This document shows, one piece after another, positions 30,009-36,507 of a DNA stretch of 64,000 bases (within the stretch, counting starts at the first letter, position 1; the number at the start of each line of letters is the position of its first letter). Below the pieces are notes generated by a model. That model worked only from the letters and a program-made list of their open reading frames with translations, was not told the origin of the DNA and searched no databases. The stretch is from an uncultured virus (IMG/VR IMGVR_UViG_3300044630_006741) (lineage: Duplodnaviria > Heunggongvirae > Uroviricota > Caudoviricetes). Where the stretch lies: IMG/VR virus record IMGVR_UViG_3300044630_006741. The stretch is one strand, 5' to 3'. A program made the translations under genes and the position numbers.

Positions 30009-30034
30009 AAAAGGAACCTCGGGTTCCTTTTTTT
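30009..30034 (+). terminator. intrinsic terminator
   Basis: AAAAGGAACC-TCG-GGTTCCTTTTTTT. Confidence 0.8.
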
Positions 30035-30098
30035 ATTTGATCCTCCGTGTTTCTACGGAATCTTTATTTACTTTTGGCTAAAGAATAAAACATGAAGA

Positions 30099-30617
30099 AT
30101 GGCTATAAAAGACATGGTAATATCAAAAGGTAGAAAAAAAGGTATAATACACACACGGGATATCACATTGGATGATATACGTGAAGTGTTCTTTCCTAAA
30201 GACTTTAATGAAAAATATGGTTACCTGGGATACATTTACACCTCAGACGATGGCGATGTATGTAAAGTAATACGACCACTCGTACTTGCTATGGACAAGA
30301 AAGCCAAACCAAAATGGTGTCCGAGATGGTTTCTACGATTATTAGATTTGGTTGGTAACGATAAGTCTATTGTTCGTGTGCGTAACTATAAAGTGAGTAA
30401 GCTATTCCAAAGAATAACCAAGGGAATGAGATTCATGGACTGGAAGACAAAATGGGAATGGTATGACTTACGCATCAGTATTGTAGCAGACCAAGAACTA
30501 CAAGACATGGCTTCTAGGATTGAGAGAGATTATTACAAGAAGGGCAAACAAAAAGATGCTCTTATTGAATTAATGAAAGAAGATGAGAGAAATGGATTAT
30601 ATGATGATGTTCTATAA
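30099..30617 (+). CDS. hypothetical protein (early-type promoter)
   Basis: CGG-N10-TACTTTTG at 30056. Confidence 0.8.
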   Translation: MAIKDMVISKGRKKGIIHTRDITLDDIREVFFPKDFNEKYGYLGYIYTSDDGDVCKVIRPLVLAMDKKAKPKWCPRWFLRLLDLVGNDKSIVRVRNYKVSKLFQRITKGMRFMDWKTKWEWYDLRISIVADQELQDMASRIERDYYKKGKQKDALIELMKEDERNGLYDDVL

Positions 30618-30629
30618 AATTAAAAAACT

Positions 30630-31451
30630 ATGAAAAACGTACATTTGTTACCAACAGACAAACCAAGCAGGTTATATAACAATAATGGTCAATTGCATTT
30701 AGATAGTGTTTCAACAACTTCTAATGGACATACGATTAACCAAAACATCTACATCACTAATGATGAGGAGATTAAATTTGATGATTATTATTTAGGTGAA
30801 GATAATAATCTTTATTGTTTAGTATCTAAAGTTAATTCTAATGGTAAAAAAATCATTTTAACAACAGACCAAGAATTAATAGATGAGGGTATTCAACCTA
30901 TAGATGATGAGTTCTTAGAATGGTTTGTTAAGAATCCAAATTGTGAGGAAGTTTTTCTTACTTATGAGTATGTGCAAGTCAATCAAGGCAATCCAATATT
31001 AAGAGGTAGTACTAATGTATCACATAGGTACGAAATCATCATTCCACAAGAAGAACCTAAACAAGAAACACTCTCAACTAAATTGCATATAGGTGAAGTA
31101 GTTGATGAATCATACCCAGAAGCATTTAGAAAACAAGAAACACTTGAAGAACCTAAACAAGAAACACTCTCAACTAAATTGCATATAGGTGAAGTAGTTG
31201 ATGAATCATACCCAGAAGCATTTAGAAAACAAGAAACACTTGAAGAAGCTGCTATTTTAAACTGCCAAAGTATAACTCATCCTTATTGTGATAGAGAAAA
31301 ATTAATGTTTATTAAAGGTGCTAAATGGCAAGAGGAGAGAATGTATAATGAGGAAGAAGTATTAGAAATCATAAGACAATATGCTCTTGAAGAACATTTA
31401 ATAACATCAAGTAAACCTGATATATGGTTTGAACAATTTAAAAAGAAATAG
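30630..31451 (+). CDS. hypothetical phage protein with internal 96-bp tandem duplication
   Basis: MKNVHLLPTDKPSRL...KQETLEE; 31050-31145 equals 31146-31241. Confidence 0.8.
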   Translation: MKNVHLLPTDKPSRLYNNNGQLHLDSVSTTSNGHTINQNIYITNDEEIKFDDYYLGEDNNLYCLVSKVNSNGKKIILTTDQELIDEGIQPIDDEFLEWFVKNPNCEEVFLTYEYVQVNQGNPILRGSTNVSHRYEIIIPQEEPKQETLSTKLHIGEVVDESYPEAFRKQETLEEPKQETLSTKLHIGEVVDESYPEAFRKQETLEEAAILNCQSITHPYCDREKLMFIKGAKWQEERMYNEEEVLEIIRQYALEEHLITSSKPDIWFEQFKKK

Positions 31452-31454
31452 GTT

Positions 31455-31832
31455 ATGATACAGGACAAAGAAAATCAAACACCACCAATAGCTGCAGCTA
31501 TCGTAGTAATGGCAATATTAATTGGAATCTCATTTGCTATTTTTAAAGCGGGGGAACGTGGAGCCTCCGATAAACAACATTATGAGCAACCCGCTATCTC
31601 AGACTCGGTAAAACCAGCTCCAGAACAACCCCATGAATCAAAGGAGGATAGTTTAATAAAACAGCTATATCCTATTTGTGTGGTTGAAGTAAATAAATCT
31701 ACTCATAAAGAGTATAAGTGGGAAGTGGTAGCAGAGAATGGTTTGATGTATTATACCAATAAGAAACCAAAAATTGGTGATCCTGCTTTTTATATCGGCA
31801 GTGACAGCGAAACGTTATATTGGACTAAATAA
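31455..31832 (+). CDS. membrane-anchored hypothetical protein
   Basis: N-terminal TM segment. Confidence 0.7.
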   Translation: MIQDKENQTPPIAAAIVVMAILIGISFAIFKAGERGASDKQHYEQPAISDSVKPAPEQPHESKEDSLIKQLYPICVVEVNKSTHKEYKWEVVAENGLMYYTNKKPKIGDPAFYIGSDSETLYWTK

Positions 31833-31853
31833 GTTACGGATAAAGAAGAAAAA

Positions 31854-31979
31854 ATGGATCGAATAGAAATACACTGGATGACACTTATAGTAAGTACAGT
31901 CTTATTAGCGCTACTGTTAGCCCGTCTTATAAAGGAACACATACAGGAAAAGCGCTGGGAAAATAGAAATCGTAAATAG
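31854..31979 (+). CDS. 41-aa membrane peptide
   Basis: MDRIEIHWMTLIVSTVLLALLLARLIKE... Confidence 0.5.
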   Translation: MDRIEIHWMTLIVSTVLLALLLARLIKEHIQEKRWENRNRK

Positions 31980-32007
31980 AAAGTTACGGTACAAAGATAA
32001 AACAACT

Positions 32008-32193
32008 ATGGAGAAGTTAATAACGAAATTAAAGACCTTGCAAGACAGGCAAAAGGAATTAATGTCTATGATGGCAGAAGAAAAGTATGACAATTTTATT
32101 TCCGTTTTAAGGGCTAAAGGATATGCTGATAGCATTATAGAATTAGAGGCAAAAATAGAAGTTTTAATGGATGCTATATCCATATTAAGATAG
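32008..32193 (+). CDS. small coiled-coil protein
   Basis: ORF track. Confidence 0.6.
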   Translation: MEKLITKLKTLQDRQKELMSMMAEEKYDNFISVLRAKGYADSIIELEAKIEVLMDAISILR

Positions 32194-32211
32194 CAGTAAA
32201 ACAATATACAT

Positions 32212-32303
32212 CGGTGTTACTGCGGGAATCACACATATATTTGCAAAATAAATTAAAAAAGGATCTGAAAAAGACCGAAACAAAAAAGAGAATCTGATAT
32301 ATA
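32212..32303 (+). promoter_or_regulatory. tandem promoters of tRNA operon 1 (early-type and GAAAC...GATATATA type)
   Basis: CGG-N8-CGG-N10-TATATTTG at 32212-32243; GAAACAAAAAAGAGAATCTGATATATA at 32277-32303, similar to 35795-35820. Confidence 0.7.
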
Positions 32304-32314
32304 AAAACCAAACA

Positions 32315-32464
32315 ATGAGAAACACTCAGAAAAATATGGCAATTATTAACCCGGCGAATCCGAAAGGATTTATCGCAGAGGCAGTGAAGCAGCAAGGCTT
32401 TTTTGCGTGGGAGAAAGGGATATGCCCAGGTCTGGAGTTTCGATTTAGTTTACAGGAAAGATAA
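32315..32464 (+). CDS. 49-aa attenuator leader peptide of tRNA operon 1 (not in ORF track)
   Basis: MRNTQKNMAIINPANPKGFIAEAVKQQGFFAWEKGICPGLEFRFSLQER*; residues 5-36 use only the 12 amino acids of the downstream tRNAs. Confidence 0.8.
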   Translation: MRNTQKNMAIINPANPKGFIAEAVKQQGFFAWEKGICPGLEFRFSLQER

Positions 32465-32521
32465 GATTTAAACTAAATATCACATTGAAACTCCAGATCG
32501 AAAGTCTGGAGTTTTTTTTTT
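32429..32521 (+). terminator. antiterminator/terminator pair (attenuator 1)
   Basis: terminator AAACTCCAGA..TCTGGAGTTTTTTTTTT 32488-32521; competing helices 32429-32441/32487-32499 and 32443-32452/32469-32478. Confidence 0.85.
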
Positions 32522-32525
32522 ACAT

Positions 32526-32599
32526 GGGGTTATAGCTTAAATCGGTGAGAGCGACGGTCTGAAAAACCGTAGATCCGGACTCGAGGCCCGGTATCCCCA
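32526..32599 (+). tRNA. tRNA-Phe(GAA)
   Basis: ACGGT-CTGAAAA-ACCGT anticodon arm; atypical T-loop. Confidence 0.85.
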
Positions 32600-32640
32600 C
32601 AAAAGAATCTGATCAACGGATTAGATGCAGAAGATTAAAT

Positions 32641-32714
32641 ACATCATTGGTGAAATTGGCTAATCATCTTGGACTCCAAATCCAAGGTTCTGGGTTCGAA
32701 TCCTAGATGGTGTG
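32641..32714 (+). tRNA. tRNA-Trp(CCA)
   Basis: TTGGA-CTCCAAA-TCCAA; GGTTCGAATCC. Confidence 0.9.
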
Positions 32715-32747
32715 CAGAAATAAGTTCTTTGACATATTGGAAACCAT

Positions 32748-32820
32748 AATTCCTTAGCTCAGTTGGTAGAGCGCCTCCCTTACATGGAGGAGGCCGCAGG
32801 TTCGAGCCCTGCAGGGATTA
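32748..32820 (+). tRNA. tRNA-Val(TAC)
   Basis: CCTCC-CTTACAT-GGAGG. Confidence 0.9.
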
Positions 32821-32829
32821 CTTAATTAT

Positions 32830-32902
32830 GCTCGGTTCGTCTAGAGGCCTAGGACATCCCCCTTTCACGGGGAAAACATGGATTCGAATTCCATACCGAG
32901 TA
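32830..32902 (+). tRNA. tRNA-Glu(TTC)
   Basis: TCCCC-CTTTCAC-GGGGA. Confidence 0.9.
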
Positions 32903-32975
32903 CAAACATATTAAACAAGAAATTGCCTCGCTAAACTAACCAGGTTTAGCAAGACAAAAACAGGTTTAGCATAAT

Positions 32976-33063
32976 GACCTCGTGGCGCAATTGGTAGCGC
33001 AACTGACTTTTAATCAGTAGGGAAGCTGTATAGCCGTTGTGGGTTCGAGCCCCACCGGGGTCA
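32976..33063 (+). tRNA. tRNA-Lys(TTT) with unusually long variable region
   Basis: ACTGA-CTTTTAA-TCAGT then about 20 nt of variable region. Confidence 0.85.
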
Positions 33064-33065
33064 CT

Positions 33066-33181
33066 TTAGCGATGGTGGTAACGCGCTTTGAGGAGAAAGT
33101 AGCTTTGGACCTGCAAGTCCAGTCAAGCGAAGAGTATCCAATTAGGAGGATAATTCCACTCGTCACTTGCAGGTGACGTAA
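33066..33181 (+). ncRNA. putative structured RNA inside tRNA operon 1
   Basis: non-coding GC-richer spacer with hairpins GGAC-CTGCAA-GTCC and CGTCACTT-GC-AGGTGACG. Confidence 0.4.
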
Positions 33182-33183
33182 AT

Positions 33184-33257
33184 GGGGTAGTAGCTCAGCT
33201 GGTTAGAGCACATGACTGTTAATCATGTGGTCATAGGTTCGAATCCTATCTACCCCG
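33184..33257 (+). tRNA. tRNA-Asn(GTT)
   Basis: CATGA-CTGTTAA-TCATG. Confidence 0.9.
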
Positions 33258-33264
33258 CTAAAAA

Positions 33265-33337
33265 GCGGAAGTAGCTCAATTGGTAGAGCGCGGCCTTGCC
33301 AAGGCCGAGGTTGCCGGATCATTCCCGGTCTTCCGCT
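33265..33337 (+). tRNA. tRNA-Gly(GCC)
   Basis: CGGCC-TTGCCAA-GGCCG; atypical T-loop ATCATTC. Confidence 0.9.
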
Positions 33338-33345
33338 CAAAAAAT

Positions 33346-33418
33346 GCGATAGTAGCTCAATTGGTAGAGCACCGTCCTTCCAAGTCGGGGGTCGCAGGTT
33401 CGAGCCCTGTCTATCGCT
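33346..33418 (+). tRNA. tRNA-Gly(TCC)
   Basis: CCGTC-CTTCCAA-GTCGG. Confidence 0.9.
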
Positions 33419-33429
33419 CACCCAAAGAT

Positions 33430-33501
33430 AGCGAGGTAGCTCAGAGGCAGAGCAACCGACTCATATTCGGTAGGTCAGGATCTCGGAATTCCTCCTCGCT
33501 A
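33430..33501 (+). tRNA. tRNA-Met(CAT)
   Basis: ACCGA-CTCATAT-TCGGT; atypical T-arm; Ile2 identity not excluded. Confidence 0.8.
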
Positions 33502-33507
33502 CTATAT

Positions 33508-33578
33508 TGTCCCTTCGTCTAAGGGCAGGACAGCTGATTTTGATTCAGCTAATGGTGGTTCGAATCCATCAGGGACAA
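33508..33578 (+). tRNA. tRNA-Gln(TTG)
   Basis: GCTGA-TTTTGAT-TCAGC. Confidence 0.9.
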
Positions 33579-33589
33579 CAATTTAAAAT

Positions 33590-33664
33590 ACTCAGGTAGC
33601 TCAATTGGTTAGAGCACCTCGCTGATACCGAGGAGGCCTGAAGGTTCGAGTCCTTCTCTGAGTA
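33590..33664 (+). tRNA. tRNA-Ile(GAT)
   Basis: CCTCG-CTGATAC-CGAGG. Confidence 0.9.
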
Positions 33665-33671
33665 CTTAATT

Positions 33672-33746
33672 CGGGATGTAGATCAGTTGGATTAGATCGC
33701 CTGGTTTGGGACCAGGAGGCCGCAGGTTCGAGTCCTGCTATCCCGA
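33672..33746 (+). tRNA. tRNA-Pro(TGG)
   Basis: CCTGG-TTTGGGA-CCAGG. Confidence 0.9.
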
Positions 33747-33753
33747 CTAAAAT

Positions 33754-33826
33754 GGGCCGGTAGCTTAAGAGGCTAAAGCGCTGCACTTGCAATGCAGAAT
33801 ATTGGGTTCGAGTCCCACCGTGTCCA
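33754..33826 (+). tRNA. tRNA-Ala(TGC)
   Basis: CTGCA-CTTGCAA-TGCAG; G3:U70 pair. Confidence 0.85.
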
Positions 33827-33834
33827 CTAAATTT

Positions 33835-33907
33835 GCTCTCATAGCTCAATGGTCAGAGTCGGACGCTTATATCGTCAAGGTTGCAGGTTCGAGTCCTGTT
33901 GGGAGTA
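33835..33907 (+). tRNA. tRNA-Ile(TAT)
   Basis: GACG-CTTATAT-CGTC; canonical T-arm. Confidence 0.8.
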
Positions 33908-34034
33908 CAAGTTTCCAATATAAAATTAAAAGTTCATCTGGTTTTCTGCGGAATCCTGTTCTATATTTGTAAAGTAATTAAAAACTTAGGCATGAAGGAA
34001 GGAAAGGAGTTTAAACTAAAAAAGGGTAACTAGA

Positions 34035-34133
34035 ATGGATCAAATCGGACACGTCGTTCTCTTTACAATAATAGGATTGCTAATAGCAATGTTAGTATAT
34101 CTAGCGGCATGGCAACCTAAAAAATGGAAATAA
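34035..34133 (+). CDS. 32-aa membrane peptide
   Basis: MDQIGHVVLFTIIGLLIAMLVYLAAWQPKKWK*, downstream of CGG-N10-TATATTTG at 33949. Confidence 0.5.
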   Translation: MDQIGHVVLFTIIGLLIAMLVYLAAWQPKKWK

Positions 34134-34355
34134 TGGGATACTGGCTCTGGGCAGATTGAAAACACACAGGTTAAAATCCTGTACTGATTACAAAAATAAA
34201 ACCTCAACAAATAAAGTTGTGAGTTGTATTGAAATAGCCAATTATAAGCCAACATAAAGCTGTTGGGTGCAGATGGAGTAATTAACCAGGAGCGCAGGCA
34301 CTGATTGTGACGGTACAACAAATACCCCTCTGAGTTTGGGTTTTATTTTAAATAT

Positions 34356-34453
34356 AGTTAGGTGGCGGAATGGTAGACGCACAAGACGGGCGATGCATTT
34401 AAAACAGAAATAAGCCTGGTCGGTTTTTACAGGTTCGAATCCTGTCCTGACTG
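34356..34453 (+). ncRNA. tRNA-scaffold RNA, copy B
   Basis: AGTTAGGTGGCGGAATGGTAGACGC-[insert]-TACAGGTTCGAATCCTGTCCTGACTG. Confidence 0.75.
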
Positions 34454-34466
34454 CTAAAAGAAAGTT

Positions 34467-34709
34467 ATGAATAAAATAGAGAATTACAATTTTGACAAAA
34501 ATGATTGGGCACATTTCCATGATGTTATTTTAGATGTGACTTGGAATGATGGTAAAGTGAATCTAAATCAAAAAGAAATGGAACAATTATTTTGGGAGTT
34601 ACCAGAAGATATGAGAATTGATGCTCAAAAATATGGTATGAATGATACACCTTGGAGAGATAGTCTGCGGGTATGGTATGAACGAAATAAAATGGGTAAG
34701 ACTGTTTAA
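34467..34709 (+). CDS. hypothetical protein
   Basis: 80-aa ORF between scaffold RNAs. Confidence 0.7.
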   Translation: MNKIENYNFDKNDWAHFHDVILDVTWNDGKVNLNQKEMEQLFWELPEDMRIDAQKYGMNDTPWRDSLRVWYERNKMGKTV

Positions 34710-34724
34710 TTGGTTATAAAACAT

Positions 34725-34843
34725 AGTCAGGTGGCGGAATTGGTAGACGCTGCTGTGGGGCGACACCACTCTTTTAAAAACAGCATAAGCTCTTGCAATG
34801 ATGTACACATTGCAAGGTACAGGTTCAAGTCCTGTCCTGACTA
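34725..34843 (+). ncRNA. tRNA-scaffold RNA, copy C
   Basis: AGTCAGGTGGCGGAATTGGTAGACGC-[insert with TGCTG/CAGCA and CTTGCAATG/CATTGCAAG stems]-TACAGGTTCAAGTCCTGTCCTGACTA. Confidence 0.75.
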
Positions 34844-34924
34844 CTCTGGGCTCAGTAAAGCCTCTTATCGTAAGATAACGTAACTGAAGTGGATAACCTA
34901 GAAATAGGTGACGCTCCACTATGG

Positions 34925-35004
34925 AGTCAGGTGGCGCAATTGGAAAACGCAACTCGCGGTGTACACAGAGGAGTGAATTACAGGTTCGAGTCCTGTCCTG
35001 ACTA
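34925..35004 (+). ncRNA. tRNA-scaffold RNA, copy D
   Basis: AGTCAGGTGGCGCAATTGGAAAACGC-[short insert]-TACAGGTTCGAGTCCTGTCCTGACTA. Confidence 0.7.
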
Positions 35005-35219
35005 CACGTTCCGACTAATCATCGGATAGTATGCCTCATACGATGAGAAGTGGTGTGATAGCCACAGAGGAGAGTTGAAGGTTCGTATATACAAACCTTC
35101 CAGTTGACTACTGACGTCGGTAAAACCCTTCACGAGGGGAGCAAGACAGTCTATTCCTAACTCAGCAATGAGGACAGCCATATCACCTGTAAGTTGGATA
35201 AATTAGGGTGTTTTTATAT

Positions 35220-35382
35220 AGTCAGGTGGCGGAATTGGTAGACGCTATCGTACTCAAGTAAGGCAAAGCAATGTAGATGAAACGTCGTCGCATGGTGAGT
35301 TAACACCTAAAAGTCTTTGGACTTGAAATCCAAAAAACCTTGAGTATGTTCTACGATACAGGTTCGAATCCTGTCCTGACTA
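35220..35382 (+). ncRNA. tRNA-scaffold RNA, copy E
   Basis: same ends; about 110-nt insert closed by TACTCAAG/CTTGAGTA. Confidence 0.75.
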
Positions 35383-35407
35383 CAAAAATTAAAATCTAAG
35401 GTAATAA

Positions 35408-35689
35408 ATGAAATGCTACGAATGTAAACACAGAGGAAATGTAATAGGCTCAGCTCATAGCAGCTGTGGTGTTATCAGAAGCACAGGTAGTGAGAAGGGA
35501 CAGGAGTTAGAATTCATGCTGGCGATGGGGCAGGTCGAAATGAAAGATCAAGATGGTAACCCTATTGTTGATATAGACCCTCATGGTATTCAAAACGGAT
35601 GGGCTGCTTGGCCTATAGATTTCGATCCAGTTTGGATAAGATCCTGTAAATTCTATACAGAAAAAGAGAAAACAGGTGAATTGAAATAA
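35408..35689 (+). CDS. small Cys-containing hypothetical protein
   Basis: CYECKHR...AHSSC...GWAAWPIDFDPVWIRSC. Confidence 0.75.
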   Translation: MKCYECKHRGNVIGSAHSSCGVIRSTGSEKGQELEFMLAMGQVEMKDQDGNPIVDIDPHGIQNGWAAWPIDFDPVWIRSCKFYTEKEKTGELK

Positions 35690-35698
35690 ATAACATAT

Positions 35699-35772
35699 GC
35701 TACCGTGGTGTAACTGAATAACACGTCTAACTACGGATTAGAAGAGCGAGGGTTTGAATCCTTCCGGTAGTA
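35699..35772 (+). tRNA. tRNA-Arg(ACG)
   Basis: TCTAA-CTACGGA-TTAGA. Confidence 0.85.
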
Positions 35773-35830
35773 CAAAAAATAATCGAAATTAGAAGAAACA
35801 AAAAGATGTTCTGATATATAATAACATAAT

Positions 35831-35923
35831 ATGAAAAACTTGATCCATACATCCTTACATTTATCCACCACGAGTACCACTTGTGATTCGGATTTATTGT
35901 GGAGGAGGCTAATGGATCAATAA
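35831..35923 (+). CDS. 30-aa attenuator leader peptide of tRNA operon 2 (not in ORF track)
   Basis: MKNLIHTSLHLSTTSTTCDSDLLWRRLMDQ*; residues 6-23 use only H,T,S,L,C,D, the amino acids of the downstream tRNAs. Confidence 0.8.
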   Translation: MKNLIHTSLHLSTTSTTCDSDLLWRRLMDQ

Positions 35924-35975
35924 TAATATTGAATTTTGATTCTGAAAAAGCCTCCCCTAAAAAGGAGGCTTTTTT
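35904..35975 (+). terminator. antiterminator/terminator pair (attenuator 2)
   Basis: terminator AAAAAGCCTCC-CCTAAAAA-GGAGGCTTTTTT 35945-35975; competing GGAGGCT at 35904-35910 inside the leader ORF. Confidence 0.8.
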
Positions 35976-36005
35976 ATTGGCTCTTTGATTTATTAGATTT
36001 AACAC

Positions 36006-36089
36006 GGAAGAGGAATCACAGCGGCCTGTGAGCTAGTCTTGAAAACTATGCGTACCTCCGGGTATTGGGATCGACACCTACCTCTTCCG
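36006..36089 (+). tRNA. tRNA-Ser(TGA)
   Basis: TAGT-CTTGAAA-ACTA, long variable arm, G73. Confidence 0.8.
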
Positions 36090-36097
36090 CTTTTTCC

Positions 36098-36173
36098 GGG
36101 GCCTGTGGTGTAATGGCTTGCATAACACACTGTCACTGTGTAGGTCGGGGTTCGAATCCCCCAGGTCCCGCCA
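36098..36173 (+). tRNA. tRNA-Asp(GTC)
   Basis: ACACA-CTGTCAC-TGTGT; encoded CCA. Confidence 0.9.
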
Positions 36174-36175
36174 AT

Positions 36176-36263
36176 GGAAGATGATCCTAAACGGAGATAG
36201 GATCCGCCTGCTAAGCGAGATGTTCGGGTAAAACCGGATGAGGTTCGATCCCTCCGTCTTCCG
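36176..36263 (+). tRNA. tRNA-Ser(GCT)
   Basis: CGC-CTGCTAA-GCG, long variable arm. Confidence 0.8.
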
Positions 36264-36268
36264 CAAAC

Positions 36269-36341
36269 TCCAGAGTAGCTCAATTGGTAGAGCCCTTGTT
36301 TTGTAAACAAGTGGTTGTCGGTTCGATTCCGTCCTCTGGAT
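36269..36341 (+). tRNA. tRNA-Thr(TGT)
   Basis: CTTGT-TTTGTAA-ACAAG. Confidence 0.9.
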
Positions 36342-36346
36342 CTAAT

Positions 36347-36419
36347 GACACCGTGTCTGAATGGTTTAGGTCCAGGTCTGCAAAACCTTGGTACGTGGGT
36401 TCGAATCCCTCCGGTGTCT
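36347..36419 (+). tRNA. tRNA-Cys(GCA)
   Basis: AGGT-CTGCAAA-ACCT; U73. Confidence 0.9.
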
Positions 36420-36425
36420 CTATAT

Positions 36426-36500
36426 GGTGTCTATAGTGTCAGCGGTATAGCACGACGGGTTGTGGTTCCGTTAGCACCAGTTCGAATCTGGTTAGACACA
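36426..36500 (+). tRNA. tRNA-His(GTG)
   Basis: ACGGG-TTGTGGT-TCCGT; G-1 present. Confidence 0.85.
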
Positions 36501-36507
36501 CTAATAA

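Noticed and set aside
33066..33181. RNase P RNA (GAGGAGAAAGT resembles GAGGAAAGTCC)
   Set aside because: Too short and lacks the 3' P4 consensus.
28742..35382. tmRNA, tRNA-Sec or group I intron-containing tRNAs
   Set aside because: No Ala-type G3:U70 acceptor or tag ORF, no UCA anticodon, and inserts are too short and mutually unrelated for group I introns.
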